In this document: piece by piece, positions 46,501 to 55,795 of the stretch
Layout: the number at the start of each line of letters is the position of its first letter
Numbering within the stretch: the first letter of the stretch is position 1
Source: a virus
Lineage: Duplodnaviria > Heunggongvirae > Uroviricota > Caudoviricetes
DNA length: 64,000 bases
IMG/VR virus record: IMGVR_UViG_3300037484_000445
Location: 64,001-128,000 of that record
Strand: one strand, 5' to 3'
Notes under the pieces: generated by a model
What the model was told of the DNA's origin: nothing
Databases searched by the model: none
The model's input: only the letters and a program-made list of their open reading frames with translations
Made by a program: the position numbers and the translations under genes

Positions 46501-48144
46501 TCGGCTAACATTGTTCTCGGTTTCACCGAGGGAACCATAGCTAGCCAGACTTTGGTCGGTGCCCAGGAAGTTACCAACGCCATCAACGCTACAGCAGGCT
46601 TCGCCACCGATGGTGTTGCCTATGTTAGTGCCATCGAAGGCCAACAGTACGTCACGATCGAGTCTCTTACGACAGGGGCTGCTACCTCGACCGTAGCCTT
46701 TGCTACGGGCGTAGGAAGTGCCTTCAACACGACCACAGGAACCAAGATAGTTCCTGGAACCAGTGGTGATAATGGCGAAGACATCGAGGACAACTACACG
46801 GTAACCTCTTCGCTGTCTCCGGTTCTGCATACCCAGGGATCTTACGGAATTGGCTACCCGGGACAAACCTACACGGATGTAAGGACAGGACTCCGGTTCA
46901 CGATCCTCGTATCCAATGTGGGTGGCTACACGAATGGTGGATCGTTCACCATGGAAGTCAGCCCGACTTGGAAGGTCAACCCCGCGGTTCCTTACATGTC
47001 GATCCCGGGTCTCGAGACAATCGTTACGGACACGGTGGGCGTCGGCGTAAACGACACTGCGACCCTCCAGACGTTCGATCCCGGTGGTCTCGAACCAGCG
47101 ATTGGAGACTTCTACTACGTCTCTTACCGCTACATGAAGCAGGACTTCTCAACACGTCTGTTCCAGACGTTCAAGACGATCGAGGCAGAGTTTGGTCCAA
47201 TCTCGGCCGAAAATCGGGTAACCCTGGGCGCCTCTTTGATGATCCAAAACGGGGCGGTCCTCGTGGGCATCAAGCAGGTTCTCAAGGTCACCAACACTAA
47301 CCAGGCTTCGGACGCATCGTTCATCCAGGCTATCAATGACCTGGCAACACCGCTTCCGGGAAACATCAAGCCCAATGTCTTGGTCCCCCTTACGACCAGC
47401 ACCACCGTCTACTCGGCTCTTATGCAGCACTGTGCTGTTCAGTCGGGGATCCGGAACCAGGCTGAGCGTATGGGCTTCATCGGGTTTGCCTCGGGGACTT
47501 CTCCGACTTCAGCTCAAACGGTTGCCAAGGCTCTCCTGTCGAACCGCATCATCGCTGTCTACCCAGATTCCGCTGTGATTACAATCACAAACGAGCTTGG
47601 GGAAAACTACGAAACCCTGGTCGATGGCACCTTCTTGGCAGCGGCCTTGGCGGGTTCGGCCGTAAGTCCTGCGGTCGATGTGGCAACACCTTACACTCGT
47701 CGTCGCATTCTGGGCTTCACGCGATTGCCTCGTATTCTTGACCCTGTTGAGGCCAATCAAACGGCCACGTCGGGCATCACGGTCTTCGAGGACCTCAGCA
47801 CCACGATCCGCGTTCGTCACGGCCTAACCACGGACATGACCAATGTGCTGACCCGTCTGCCAACGGTCACGCAGATTGCAGATTATGTGCAGCAACAGAG
47901 CCGTTCGACCCTCGATTCCTTCGTCGGTACGAAGTTCTTGGCGAGCCGCACGAATGAGGTGGAAGTCTCGATGACCTCCTTGTTCAAGCAGCTCATCCAG
48001 GCTGAGATCGTTGGAGCCTTTGCGGGTATTACGGCAGCAGTTGACCCCGATGACCCAACGGTACTCAGGTTTGAGGCTTTCTATCAGCCGATCTTCCCGC
48101 TGTTGTACCTCTACCTGACCTTCAACCTACGTAGCAAGCTGTAG
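43522..48144 (+). CDS. Contractile tail sheath protein with large inserted beta domains
   Basis: N-terminal YVPPGVYT; C-terminal sheath core (ERMGFIG, TTD......V.QIADYV, FVG, YQPIFPLLY); AAGGAG RBS; about 1540 aa. Confidence 0.9.
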   Translation: MAAGLGPFTTYVPPGVYTRTLSEANAANLVAGLRIPVVIGVGQEELEQDDLELVRGSSANLDQQIVNEDVSARFVVDFTNPNNPILGAANGTVTRFRVRNFPIVDGQGFGRVTNNVRSVSVTINGSPVAVGAVQGQGGYVILQVPPQTGDNVRVTYYFHRSDTAFTDDVSEQVTASQAELITPGYAPFVVTTGVTDTFTLNIDGTDTTLSFAAGSYTASGLKTLIDSNLITGLATAVFTDNQGLDHIKFISARSLTIGTGNANGALGFAAGTTTTRNASFRVFQRPIVDGTDGGITTTDTTKVVVTVNSVQVVASSVDGTNGIVTLPYAPAAGSTVRIQYFANTWQDTFDYLPNTLVTNVIRCGFATGRSDFIQGQDFVVSNPSPDVSILHWGASYVAASAQRTAGATLFNDTQILPTLVDNKMFMAAADRVIDTTVVPALVSTNKFTLPEVPTTGNGRDTPLGSALYSEVTNGRIGLNTNRPDLVSVYTGRNILDALGRAPAVVTEVDGATRQITLKNEVPPDHQAFCTFYYNRLQDDTFILTNLVSGPIGTGQFEVLSTLTGTNVLQVRFGTKTGLPETIQWPRGVETVPDAFHTGAGTPVSETVTVTFGQTTAQNAVFTNEGAAPYSFYQTTSDQWGTTVNGNPYVTNLFSPANGYLVSSRVEVDGSNQITIPVAPNNVLSVAFGGATSATGTITVVAGSALVDTETFTLNDGVNPATIFEFDSGGGVTPGHVAVAYTALDTIATVRTSVIAAINGVLGTLLITAAPSATPGVINLINDGVGAAGNQAITETVADVGFIVTGMAGGVGTQSNISITAGARTPAQIVSDINTALGSPLASFRQIGGINGPVFFLIQTNTIPAVLPGGFDHASTVSIRQGTVENVLGFSTFQSATGTPTATNKPATILGTLAGPFIITTGVNDQLNIRLNGIDYTVTLPAGVAVTAAAVAAAINLVPGLAGVSSVGTLANLNKVRLTSGLTNPSSSIRILAGSANIVLGFTEGTIASQTLVGAQEVTNAINATAGFATDGVAYVSAIEGQQYVTIESLTTGAATSTVAFATGVGSAFNTTTGTKIVPGTSGDNGEDIEDNYTVTSSLSPVLHTQGSYGIGYPGQTYTDVRTGLRFTILVSNVGGYTNGGSFTMEVSPTWKVNPAVPYMSIPGLETIVTDTVGVGVNDTATLQTFDPGGLEPAIGDFYYVSYRYMKQDFSTRLFQTFKTIEAEFGPISAENRVTLGASLMIQNGAVLVGIKQVLKVTNTNQASDASFIQAINDLATPLPGNIKPNVLVPLTTSTTVYSALMQHCAVQSGIRNQAERMGFIGFASGTSPTSAQTVAKALLSNRIIAVYPDSAVITITNELGENYETLVDGTFLAAALAGSAVSPAVDVATPYTRRRILGFTRLPRILDPVEANQTATSGITVFEDLSTTIRVRHGLTTDMTNVLTRLPTVTQIADYVQQQSRSTLDSFVGTKFLASRTNEVEVSMTSLFKQLIQAEIVGAFAGITAAVDPDDPTVLRFEAFYQPIFPLLYLYLTFNLRSKL

Positions 48145-48162
48145 AAGCTCAAGGTTTGAGTC

Positions 48163-48205
48163 CTAAAGGGTGCTCCTGGAAACAAGAGCGCCCTTTAGCA
48201 TTTAA
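48163..48205 (+). terminator. Probable terminator after the sheath gene
   Basis: CTAAAGGGTGCTC...GAAA...GAGCGCCCTTTAG stem-loop followed by CATTT. Confidence 0.65.
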
Positions 48206-48257
48206 CCTCCTCTAACTTTCTACTTATCTAGCCCTTTTGGTGTAAGGGACCCTCCTG

Positions 48258-51200
48258 ATGCAACTCACAGAGCAACCCATGGCTATCGTGGCGGCGGAAG
48301 AAGAAACTGAGGAGCCCCTTGGTGAATTCCAAGTCGCTGAATACATCATTTTCATTCTTGCCCTCGATACATACATGCGGTACGCCGAGGAAACCTCGGG
48401 GGTTGATGACATTGAAGACCAAGTCATTCATAAGGGTATGCGTATCCTACGTATGGCTGAGACGGAGATTGAACGTCTTCAAGCTTTTCTTCAGGAGCAT
48501 CTCGAGACTAACACTCAACAGTCAATGCTCCGTCGTGCCCTGACTATGACGGTGGCCACGACTGCAGGGATCTCGAGGAGAGCCTTGCAGTTCAGGACTC
48601 TTCTATCGAGGGGTGGGCCAGCTACAATCAAGGGGATCTTCACCTCACAGAAGTATATTCGACAGGTTCGTGAGGCCATCACGGCTTCAACGCTCTCTGA
48701 TGCTGATGCTGCCTTGGACGTCTTTGCTGCCCTGCCTATAAAGAACGCCAGGATGCGCAATTGGATCGACATAGCAGCCAAGCAGGCTGGTTCGGGCATA
48801 GCAGCTCCGGCGCCTGTGGACAATGCAGCCAATGAGGTAGTAGCTGCTCCCGAGATCACGAACACGAGTTTGCAAGGGGCTGCGGCTTCTGGAGCTTCTG
48901 ACGCCAAGGATTCTCAAGACAATCGGGCAGCCATGCTCTCGAGGGTTCAGACCGATGCCACGGAGGCTGCCCGAAAATCCTTGGAAATCAACCAGCAACC
49001 GGACACGCCCCCTATTCAGTCCGAGGTTGTTGGTATTGCCACGGCAGCAGCCGTAGCGGCCATCAGCGACCCGCTTCTCTCTCAGAACGTCCCAGCCCCC
49101 CTACGTAAGCTAGACGACGAGCAGAGGGCAGCAGCGGTCACGGATGGCAGGGTCCTCGTAGCGGCCGGTGCTGGCGCTGGTAAATCGACGACCCTTGTAG
49201 CCAGGATCGAGTATCTTGTAAAGGATCGACGAGTTCTCCCGAGTCGTATCCTGGCCACATCCTTCAACAAAAAGGCAGCCAGCGAGCTGAGAGAAAAGAT
49301 TGGCCGGACATCAGGTGGTGATGCCCTGACCCAAATGAGCGTCGGTACCATGCACGGGTTGTTCCGGAAGTTCATTGGTAGCTACGGAACCACTGCCGAA
49401 CAGATCGCCGTTGGTGCCTCACGAAGTCCTAATGGGTTCATTGAGGGGGGTGCTTCTGTAGCTCGTACGGTACAACGTATGTGGGAAGAGTGCTACGGGA
49501 AAGACGAGCCAGCACCTAAGCTCAAAGATGTCATGCGTTACAAGAGCTTGTGGGCAGGGAACAACATTCCTCCAGCTCAAGCTCGGGCAGAGGCCAAGAC
49601 TAAAAAAGAATCTGAGGCAGCCCTTTGGTACGAAATGTATGAAGGGCTCAAGGGAGCCATTCCTGGGTGGGATCCTCCTTGTAGAGGTCGAGCCTATGAA
49701 GGCTTCATGGCACGCTACCGTCCTCGAGACATTCGTCTAGGAGACTTTGACGACATGTTGAACATCTTCCACGCGGTTCTCAAGCGGGAACCAGCCGTAA
49801 GGAAGACTATTCAATCCATGTACGACCACATCATGGTCGATGAGGCCCAGGATCGTAATGCCGTTCAAGCCGAAATCATCGATATGATCTCGGAGCACAT
49901 AGGTGACGGTTCTGACGGACGATCACTTTGGGTTGTGGGCGACGACAAGCAATGTGTTCAAGAGGACACTCCTATCTCAATTGATGAAGAGCATCAAGTC
50001 CCAGCTAAAGACCTCAAGGAGGGGGATACTGTCCTATCTTACCGAAACGGATCCTTGGTTAAACAGGTGGTTCGTTGTGTTAAACCCAGTTTTTGGGCGT
50101 CCGGTTATTGTATCACAACATCTAGTGGTCGAAGCCTCACAATGTCTCCAAACCACAAGATCTGGGCTCAAAGCCCAGTACTTAGTGGTAATCAAGTAGC
50201 TGTCTACCTGATGTTCCGCAAGGACTTTGGCTTTCGCGTAGGCATCACTAATAAGTGTCATGATGAGGAGTATCTGAATTCCTTTGGTGGTCGAGCTTTC
50301 ATGGAGAAAGCTGAACGTATGTGGATTTTGGAGGTGTGCCAAGACCGTGAGACAGCCCTTCTCGTTGAAGCTCGCTATTCTCTCAAATACGGCGTACCAA
50401 CAGCGGTGTTTGGTGGAGAGAATCGCGGACTCAACCAAGATCGTATAGATCAGCTATTCAAGGAGTTTGGTGCTAACGGGTATCAGGTTTTGGAGGCTAA
50501 ACACTTGAGCTTCGACCTCCCTCATTGGCTTAGTCAATCTTACACCAAACACGGTCGAGGTCGGCGTACTGTCCAGATGACGGCACATGGGGGTAAGGGC
50601 TCACAAGTGAGCTTAGAGTGGTCTGGCGACGACTTGGACTCTAAATTAGAGCATGTGGCATTCCATCAGAATGGCGAACGTCGTCGAATTCGAAAGTGGT
50701 TTGCTAGCTATCGAGAAGCTCTGGATTTTGCTGAACACGTTTCGGAACTTGCTGAAGCCAATCTATCTCGTCGACTGTCGACAGATAGTGGTGTGATTCG
50801 TTTGCTTACAGCATCGGGGCTATTCCCGGGTATGCAAGTTGCTGTTCTTGATACAGGTACAGTGTGTTTGGAGGAAATACTCTCAGTTGAAGAGGTCAAG
50901 GGCTCGTTCATCGATCTGGATGTTGATGATGCCTCTAACTTTTTTGGTGGGGGTATTCTCTCACACAACAGTATTTACGGATTCCGTGGAGCCCGACCAG
51001 ACTTGTTCTCCGATTTGAATGGTAAAGAGGGTTGGAAGACCCGAATGATTCGCACTAACTATCGCTGTGAGCCAGAGATCGTTGAAGCTGCTAATCGTTT
51101 GGTTGCTCACAATGAGGGGCAGATTCCAATGGAAGCCGTCCCGAGTCCGCACAAGACTCGAGGAGTTGGCAGCATTGCGGTGACCAATCCCAGTGATGAA

Positions 51201-52514
51201 GCTGAGGGCGCCATCCAGGTTGCTAGTGAGATCAAAGCTAACTTGGACATTGGCGGCAATGTGACGGATAATGCCGTCTTATGTCGCACCAACCGAGAGA
51301 TTCATGCTTACGAGACGGCATGCATCCTTCGGGGTATACCGTATGCACGCAAGGGTGTTTCCAGCTTTTTAGGATCCCCCGAAACCAATGCCTTTTTGGG
51401 CTACATTCAATTGGTCACGGGCACCGATTTTGAAAAGATGCAGAAGGCTTTGGGTAACATCATCAACCGTCCGAACCGGTTCTTCATATCGCCCAAGGTT
51501 GGTGAAGAGGCTGTTTCTGGCGCTCTTGTGGATTACGCTCGTAGTACCAGGTCAGACCTGAAGCACGTCAATCCTGTCACAGCTCTGCAAGACAGGCAGT
51601 TTCAGAGGATTCTTGCGGGTAAGTTGACGGGCACCTTCTCTGGTTTCAAGTTTGAGAAGGCTGTTGAGCAACTACAATCGATTTACTCATCACTTGCTCA
51701 GATGCAAGCTAACTCATCAGATCCCGGGTATACAACGAAGGTGATGTTCGATGACATCTTGGCCTTGAATGGTGTCGTAACGGTCACTGACCCCAACACT
51801 CAACGTGTCAAGTACGTTGAGCAATCCCTGCGAGAGACGCTTCAGATCGAGATGCGTGATGCTACGGGCGATGACTCTGAGGATGAGGTTGAGGACGAGG
51901 ATGATGAGACCAAGGGCCTAGGTAACATTGCTTTCCTTTACCAACTCATCCAAAAGGATCCTACCGATCCCGGGGATCTTGCCGATGACCCTAATACTCC
52001 TGTAGGGTTTAAGGCCAAGATTGAGCGATATGCAGCGAAGATGAAAGACCTTCGCACAGACATCTCCAAGTGGGATAAGGAGCAAGAGAGTCTCCCACCT
52101 GAGAAACGCTCTCCGCCACCAGGTGTGTACTTGGGCACGGTCCACAGCGTCAAGGGAGCTCAATGGGCTAACACATATGTGTCCATGCCCAAAGGAAAGT
52201 TCCCGTTCGAACCTCCTAAGCAACCAGGAGTTGCTGTCATCGACGATAAGGCCCAACAGGATCAAGAAGAGAGTGAACGTCGTTTGGCCTACGTGGCTTT
52301 GACTCGGGCGGCCAAGTCACTCACAGTGATTTGCCCTAAGTCCGTTGGTGGTAAAGCTGCCGGCATCAGCCCCTTCGTAGCTGAAGCTGGGTTGACGGTT
52401 GGCCAGAATGTGCAACGTCCAGGAAAGCCGATAGAAGCCCCCGTTGGAGAAGAGGAACCCATCAAGACTGCTGAAGTTCTTGAGTGGCATCCAGAGTACG
52501 AGGAGACAGCTTAA
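48258..52514 (+). CDS. uvrD: UvrD/Rep/PcrA-family SF1A helicase with long N-terminal extension and an intein
   Basis: LDDEQ, AGAGAGKST, SFNKKAA, TMH, VDEAQD, VGDDKQ|SIYGFRGA, NYRC, TVHSVKG, ERRLAYVALTRA. Confidence 0.93.
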   Translation: MQLTEQPMAIVAAEEETEEPLGEFQVAEYIIFILALDTYMRYAEETSGVDDIEDQVIHKGMRILRMAETEIERLQAFLQEHLETNTQQSMLRRALTMTVATTAGISRRALQFRTLLSRGGPATIKGIFTSQKYIRQVREAITASTLSDADAALDVFAALPIKNARMRNWIDIAAKQAGSGIAAPAPVDNAANEVVAAPEITNTSLQGAAASGASDAKDSQDNRAAMLSRVQTDATEAARKSLEINQQPDTPPIQSEVVGIATAAAVAAISDPLLSQNVPAPLRKLDDEQRAAAVTDGRVLVAAGAGAGKSTTLVARIEYLVKDRRVLPSRILATSFNKKAASELREKIGRTSGGDALTQMSVGTMHGLFRKFIGSYGTTAEQIAVGASRSPNGFIEGGASVARTVQRMWEECYGKDEPAPKLKDVMRYKSLWAGNNIPPAQARAEAKTKKESEAALWYEMYEGLKGAIPGWDPPCRGRAYEGFMARYRPRDIRLGDFDDMLNIFHAVLKREPAVRKTIQSMYDHIMVDEAQDRNAVQAEIIDMISEHIGDGSDGRSLWVVGDDKQCVQEDTPISIDEEHQVPAKDLKEGDTVLSYRNGSLVKQVVRCVKPSFWASGYCITTSSGRSLTMSPNHKIWAQSPVLSGNQVAVYLMFRKDFGFRVGITNKCHDEEYLNSFGGRAFMEKAERMWILEVCQDRETALLVEARYSLKYGVPTAVFGGENRGLNQDRIDQLFKEFGANGYQVLEAKHLSFDLPHWLSQSYTKHGRGRRTVQMTAHGGKGSQVSLEWSGDDLDSKLEHVAFHQNGERRRIRKWFASYREALDFAEHVSELAEANLSRRLSTDSGVIRLLTASGLFPGMQVAVLDTGTVCLEEILSVEEVKGSFIDLDVDDASNFFGGGILSHNSIYGFRGARPDLFSDLNGKEGWKTRMIRTNYRCEPEIVEAANRLVAHNEGQIPMEAVPSPHKTRGVGSIAVTNPSDEAEGAIQVASEIKANLDIGGNVTDNAVLCRTNREIHAYETACILRGIPYARKGVSSFLGSPETNAFLGYIQLVTGTDFEKMQKALGNIINRPNRFFISPKVGEEAVSGALVDYARSTRSDLKHVNPVTALQDRQFQRILAGKLTGTFSGFKFEKAVEQLQSIYSSLAQMQANSSDPGYTTKVMFDDILALNGVVTVTDPNTQRVKYVEQSLRETLQIEMRDATGDDSEDEVEDEDDETKGLGNIAFLYQLIQKDPTDPGDLADDPNTPVGFKAKIERYAAKMKDLRTDISKWDKEQESLPPEKRSPPPGVYLGTVHSVKGAQWANTYVSMPKGKFPFEPPKQPGVAVIDDKAQQDQEESERRLAYVALTRAAKSLTVICPKSVGGKAAGISPFVAEAGLTVGQNVQRPGKPIEAPVGEEEPIKTAEVLEWHPEYEETA
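49953..50969 (+). mobile_element. Intein (339 aa) with probable GIY-YIG-like endonuclease domain
   Basis: Splits helicase motif III (GDDKQ/SIYGFRG). Starts with Cys, has block B TMSPNH, ends ILSHN before Ser; internal VYLM...FRVGIT. Confidence 0.92.
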
Positions 52515-53266
52515 TGGCCGCTCAGTACACAGAGATTTCGTTGGAGGAAATGGAAACCTTTCTGAAGAGGGCTTTCCGTGCTCTACGCCCGAAGCAAGGT
52601 GTCTATAGAAATACCTACTACTTTGATCTTAAGCTGAGCGATAGTGTTGCCATTCGTGTGTGGAGTTCAATTAAGAGACACTCACAGTCAGGAGCTGATG
52701 TAGGTGAGTCCTCTATTAAGATACTGTTGGTGAGTGCTCAGACGGGTCGACCTTTGATGAAGGATAAGTCTCCTATCGTCAAGAGAACTCAAGGCTGGAA
52801 AAACTCACTTCAGGGCAAGATCGAAGACATGATGGAGACCTACGAGGATAAACCCGATTATTGGGATTCTCGAGGTAGCGGCAGGAGTGCTCCAGCGGAG
52901 ATTGCTCCTCAGGAGCGTTACGAGGATCAGGAAGAACCTGATGCTTGGGATTCAGCGGATGAACCCCGTGAGGTTGCCCCACCTCCACGTCCAGCGCCCC
53001 AGAAAGGGGCCCCTATCACGCCCCCACAGCTGAAGTACTTGGGCTTCCTGATGCGAGGACCTAAGGGGCATTCTTCTGAAATTCGTGGGCTTCTCTACGA
53101 TTATGGTATCGAAGAGCCTTATGATTCTGAGGCTCTGGGTCAATTGACGAAGGCTCAGGCGAGCAACTTGATCTCGAGAATGGCCCCCGAACGCCGTTAC
53201 GCTGAAGATGATGAACTTTCAGCGCCTGAACCTTCATACTCCTACGACTTTCGTGGTGTAGATTGA
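52514..53266 (+). CDS. Hypothetical protein
   Basis: TAATG-coupled to the helicase; C-terminal ITPPQLKYL...LTKAQASNLI helical hairpin. Confidence 0.7.
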   Translation: MAAQYTEISLEEMETFLKRAFRALRPKQGVYRNTYYFDLKLSDSVAIRVWSSIKRHSQSGADVGESSIKILLVSAQTGRPLMKDKSPIVKRTQGWKNSLQGKIEDMMETYEDKPDYWDSRGSGRSAPAEIAPQERYEDQEEPDAWDSADEPREVAPPPRPAPQKGAPITPPQLKYLGFLMRGPKGHSSEIRGLLYDYGIEEPYDSEALGQLTKAQASNLISRMAPERRYAEDDELSAPEPSYSYDFRGVD

Positions 53267-53270
53267 TCAG

Positions 53271-54083
53271 GTGGAAGAGCTAAAGTTTCAGGTCGTCCTC
53301 GATCGTAACATCGATTCGAAGGTTTCTGGTGTTTTAGCTTTCGGAGATTTCACGACAGAGGATAAAGCTGCGGCCGTATACAGCGTAGATGGTCTGGCTT
53401 CATTCTTCCGAGATTTGATCCTTGGTCGTCCCTACCCACTAGTCTTTGTCGCTCGGGGGATAGACAACTTAGGGACTTTGACGGCTCTGACCTTGTTTTT
53501 GTACCGTGACCTGGCGATAAACCCAGCTACGCCAGGGTTTATCGCCTCTGTGACTCTAGTTGATGGTCTTGGGACTTCTGGGTTAGCCCATCTCGATCGA
53601 GACACCTCGAGATTCCTAAGGTTCATACGAAGTTTTCTACAGGCCGCGCCCGAGAAGGATACTCAGGAAGCTTTAGCTACGGTTGTGGGTTGGATTCGGG
53701 CTTACATCCTGAATGGCGCTTTGCCGGCTTTACCGCCCGCTATTCCCGAACCGCGAATCATCGATCGAGGTACTGACGGTTTCGTTTTTGCTTCGACCAG
53801 CCATCCGGATTTATTGCTGGGGTGGGAAGAGCTTTTTCGTCAAGGGTTTCTACGGGGAGCACTTCTCCAAAAGGTCGAACTTGACCGTTGGCGCGTTCTG
53901 TGTGCCCGTAAGAGCTTTTATTTGGCCTTCGATCTGAAGAAGGTAGCCTCAGCCCTGAATCAGGCCGAGGAGGCCATGGCTGAGCCGGCGGAGTGGGAAA
54001 CGGACGGTTTGTGGCTGAGGGGACCTGAGAAGGGGTCCCTTGTACTACCTTCGGCGCTACTTAATGTTCTCTTGAAAGCGTAA
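53271..54083 (+). CDS. Hypothetical protein
   Basis: 270 aa, GTG start 10 nt after GGTGTA. Confidence 0.65.
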   Translation: MEELKFQVVLDRNIDSKVSGVLAFGDFTTEDKAAAVYSVDGLASFFRDLILGRPYPLVFVARGIDNLGTLTALTLFLYRDLAINPATPGFIASVTLVDGLGTSGLAHLDRDTSRFLRFIRSFLQAAPEKDTQEALATVVGWIRAYILNGALPALPPAIPEPRIIDRGTDGFVFASTSHPDLLLGWEELFRQGFLRGALLQKVELDRWRVLCARKSFYLAFDLKKVASALNQAEEAMAEPAEWETDGLWLRGPEKGSLVLPSALLNVLLKA

Positions 54084-54123
54084 TTCTTATCGATAGTGCT
54101 TTCGTTTCCCATGCTTAGTAAGC

Positions 54124-54939
54124 ATGGCTAGCAGGCTATTGGTAACGATCGGGACTGACGGAGTCACGGATTGGGTTAGCACCCCCGATGGCCAGAGGTT
54201 TAACCTTGGCGCTGTTTCAGCCCTCAATCTCGTGACACACACGGTTCAAAAAGGCCTAGCTAAGAGCATTTTGGACCAATTCAACCGGCATGGCGAGGTC
54301 ATGGCCTCGGTTGACGAGGGCCAGTTGTGGGAACTGTTAGCCCCTAAGAGGGCTCGTTGGTCTTCCGACGTTAGTTCTTCTATGCCCTCTCATAAGGCAG
54401 AGCCCTCGCAGAGGAAAGAATCCACCATGAATACGCTTTCTGATGACCTTCAGGCAATTGAGCGACACGTTTCGGCCCTAGACCAGGCAGCATCCCGCAA
54501 GGCTACCAACCTGAGTGAGGGTGTTCAGCTTCTCGTCAAGTTGGCAAACAAGATCAAGTCTCCCAATCAGAGCAAAAACCAGACCTATTACAACCTCGGT
54601 GCTCCCGATGTGTACGAAGTTGGCGATAAGGCTGCAAGCGACAAAGCTGTGTCAGCTCCTACCACGTCGGTTCTTTCGTTCGACGTCTACGAGGGTAACT
54701 TGAATCTTGCCAACCAGATTCTCGCTACGGCTGAGGAAACGGTAGGGAAGATTGACGTGCTTGCGGAAGCGGGTCGTCCATTCAATGCCGCCAAGGCCAA
54801 GTTGGATGTTCACGCAGTGACCGTGAAGGTCGCTGGCATCCTAAGGGCGGACCTCACTGCTTCTTGGGTTCGTGACGACCTCGTCAAATTGGCTTCGCGA
54901 GCCAATGAGATCCACAACCTTTTTGCTAGCGCAAAGTAA
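54124..54939 (+). CDS. Hypothetical protein with probable internal start at 54427
   Basis: 271 aa; GAGGA precedes the in-frame ATG 54427; RKA/KLA motifs. Confidence 0.65.
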   Translation: MASRLLVTIGTDGVTDWVSTPDGQRFNLGAVSALNLVTHTVQKGLAKSILDQFNRHGEVMASVDEGQLWELLAPKRARWSSDVSSSMPSHKAEPSQRKESTMNTLSDDLQAIERHVSALDQAASRKATNLSEGVQLLVKLANKIKSPNQSKNQTYYNLGAPDVYEVGDKAASDKAVSAPTTSVLSFDVYEGNLNLANQILATAEETVGKIDVLAEAGRPFNAAKAKLDVHAVTVKVAGILRADLTASWVRDDLVKLASRANEIHNLFASAK

Positions 54940-54970
54940 TTCATCGGATCCAATCCAGAGGAGATGAGTC

Positions 54971-55693
54971 ATGGGAAGACCTACTGATACCACCAACTAT
55001 ATCTACCGTATGGGGACAGCCCCTAACACTCGTGCGGCCATTTCTCAGAAGAACAAGATCTTCGGGTATATGGTTGGAACGAAGGAGTTCCGACAACTGG
55101 GTGTAGTTTCAGAGTTCGGCCACGACGAGTCTCGAACGATTGATCCAGTTCGTGGCGTTGGCTACGGCGATCAAATCGCTGAGCTGGTTCCTGGCGTAAC
55201 GGAGCCAATGACCCTCACCCTCAACAAGACTCTTCTCTACGCTTTGAACTTGTTTCAGGCGCTTGGGTACAAGGGTGGTGTGTCTGGGTTGGTCCGGTCT
55301 CTGAAGCATCACCGATGGCCCTTCGATATCAAGCAAGAACTCGTTTTCTCGGAGATTGCAGCTAGCCAAGACTTGGAAGGTGTCACGGATCAGGCGGCCC
55401 CTGGCGCTAGTGTTCAGGCATCAGGTCAAGAGTTTCTCACTCCCATTCGAGCCTTGTTCACCTTTTATGAGGGTTGCTGGCTCAATAGCTACTCAGCTTC
55501 CTACACGTCGGATGCAGCCATTGTGGCTGAGAACTCCAGCGTGACCGTGACGGACATTATCGACGGACGTAGTCAGTACGGTGAGTTCGTTGACACGGGT
55601 CTTGCTCCGGTTCAGGCCAATGGGGCCGCAGGAACGGGCTTCTCGTTGAGATTCGCTGGTAACAGCTCTCAGGTTGGAACCCCTAACCTATAA
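54971..55693 (+). CDS. Tail tube protein
   Basis: ESR.IDPVRGVG.GD.IAELVPG...LTL, PFDI, YEGCWLNSYS..Y.....IVAE; GAGGAG RBS; upstream of chaperones and tape measure. Confidence 0.85.
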   Translation: MGRPTDTTNYIYRMGTAPNTRAAISQKNKIFGYMVGTKEFRQLGVVSEFGHDESRTIDPVRGVGYGDQIAELVPGVTEPMTLTLNKTLLYALNLFQALGYKGGVSGLVRSLKHHRWPFDIKQELVFSEIAASQDLEGVTDQAAPGASVQASGQEFLTPIRALFTFYEGCWLNSYSASYTSDAAIVAENSSVTVTDIIDGRSQYGEFVDTGLAPVQANGAAGTGFSLRFAGNSSQVGTPNL

Positions 55694-55795
55694 CAGTCAG
55701 AACGGCCCTGAGCGGCGACAATGAAGATGTATATGGTTACCTAGTGCTTTGACTAGGTGTTGTCGTCGTTCTCCGCCTTAAAAGAGGAGATTTAG

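Noticed and set aside
53271-54083. Possible degenerate DHH-like phosphoesterase
   Set aside because: No DxD or DHH catalytic motifs are visible; left as hypothetical.
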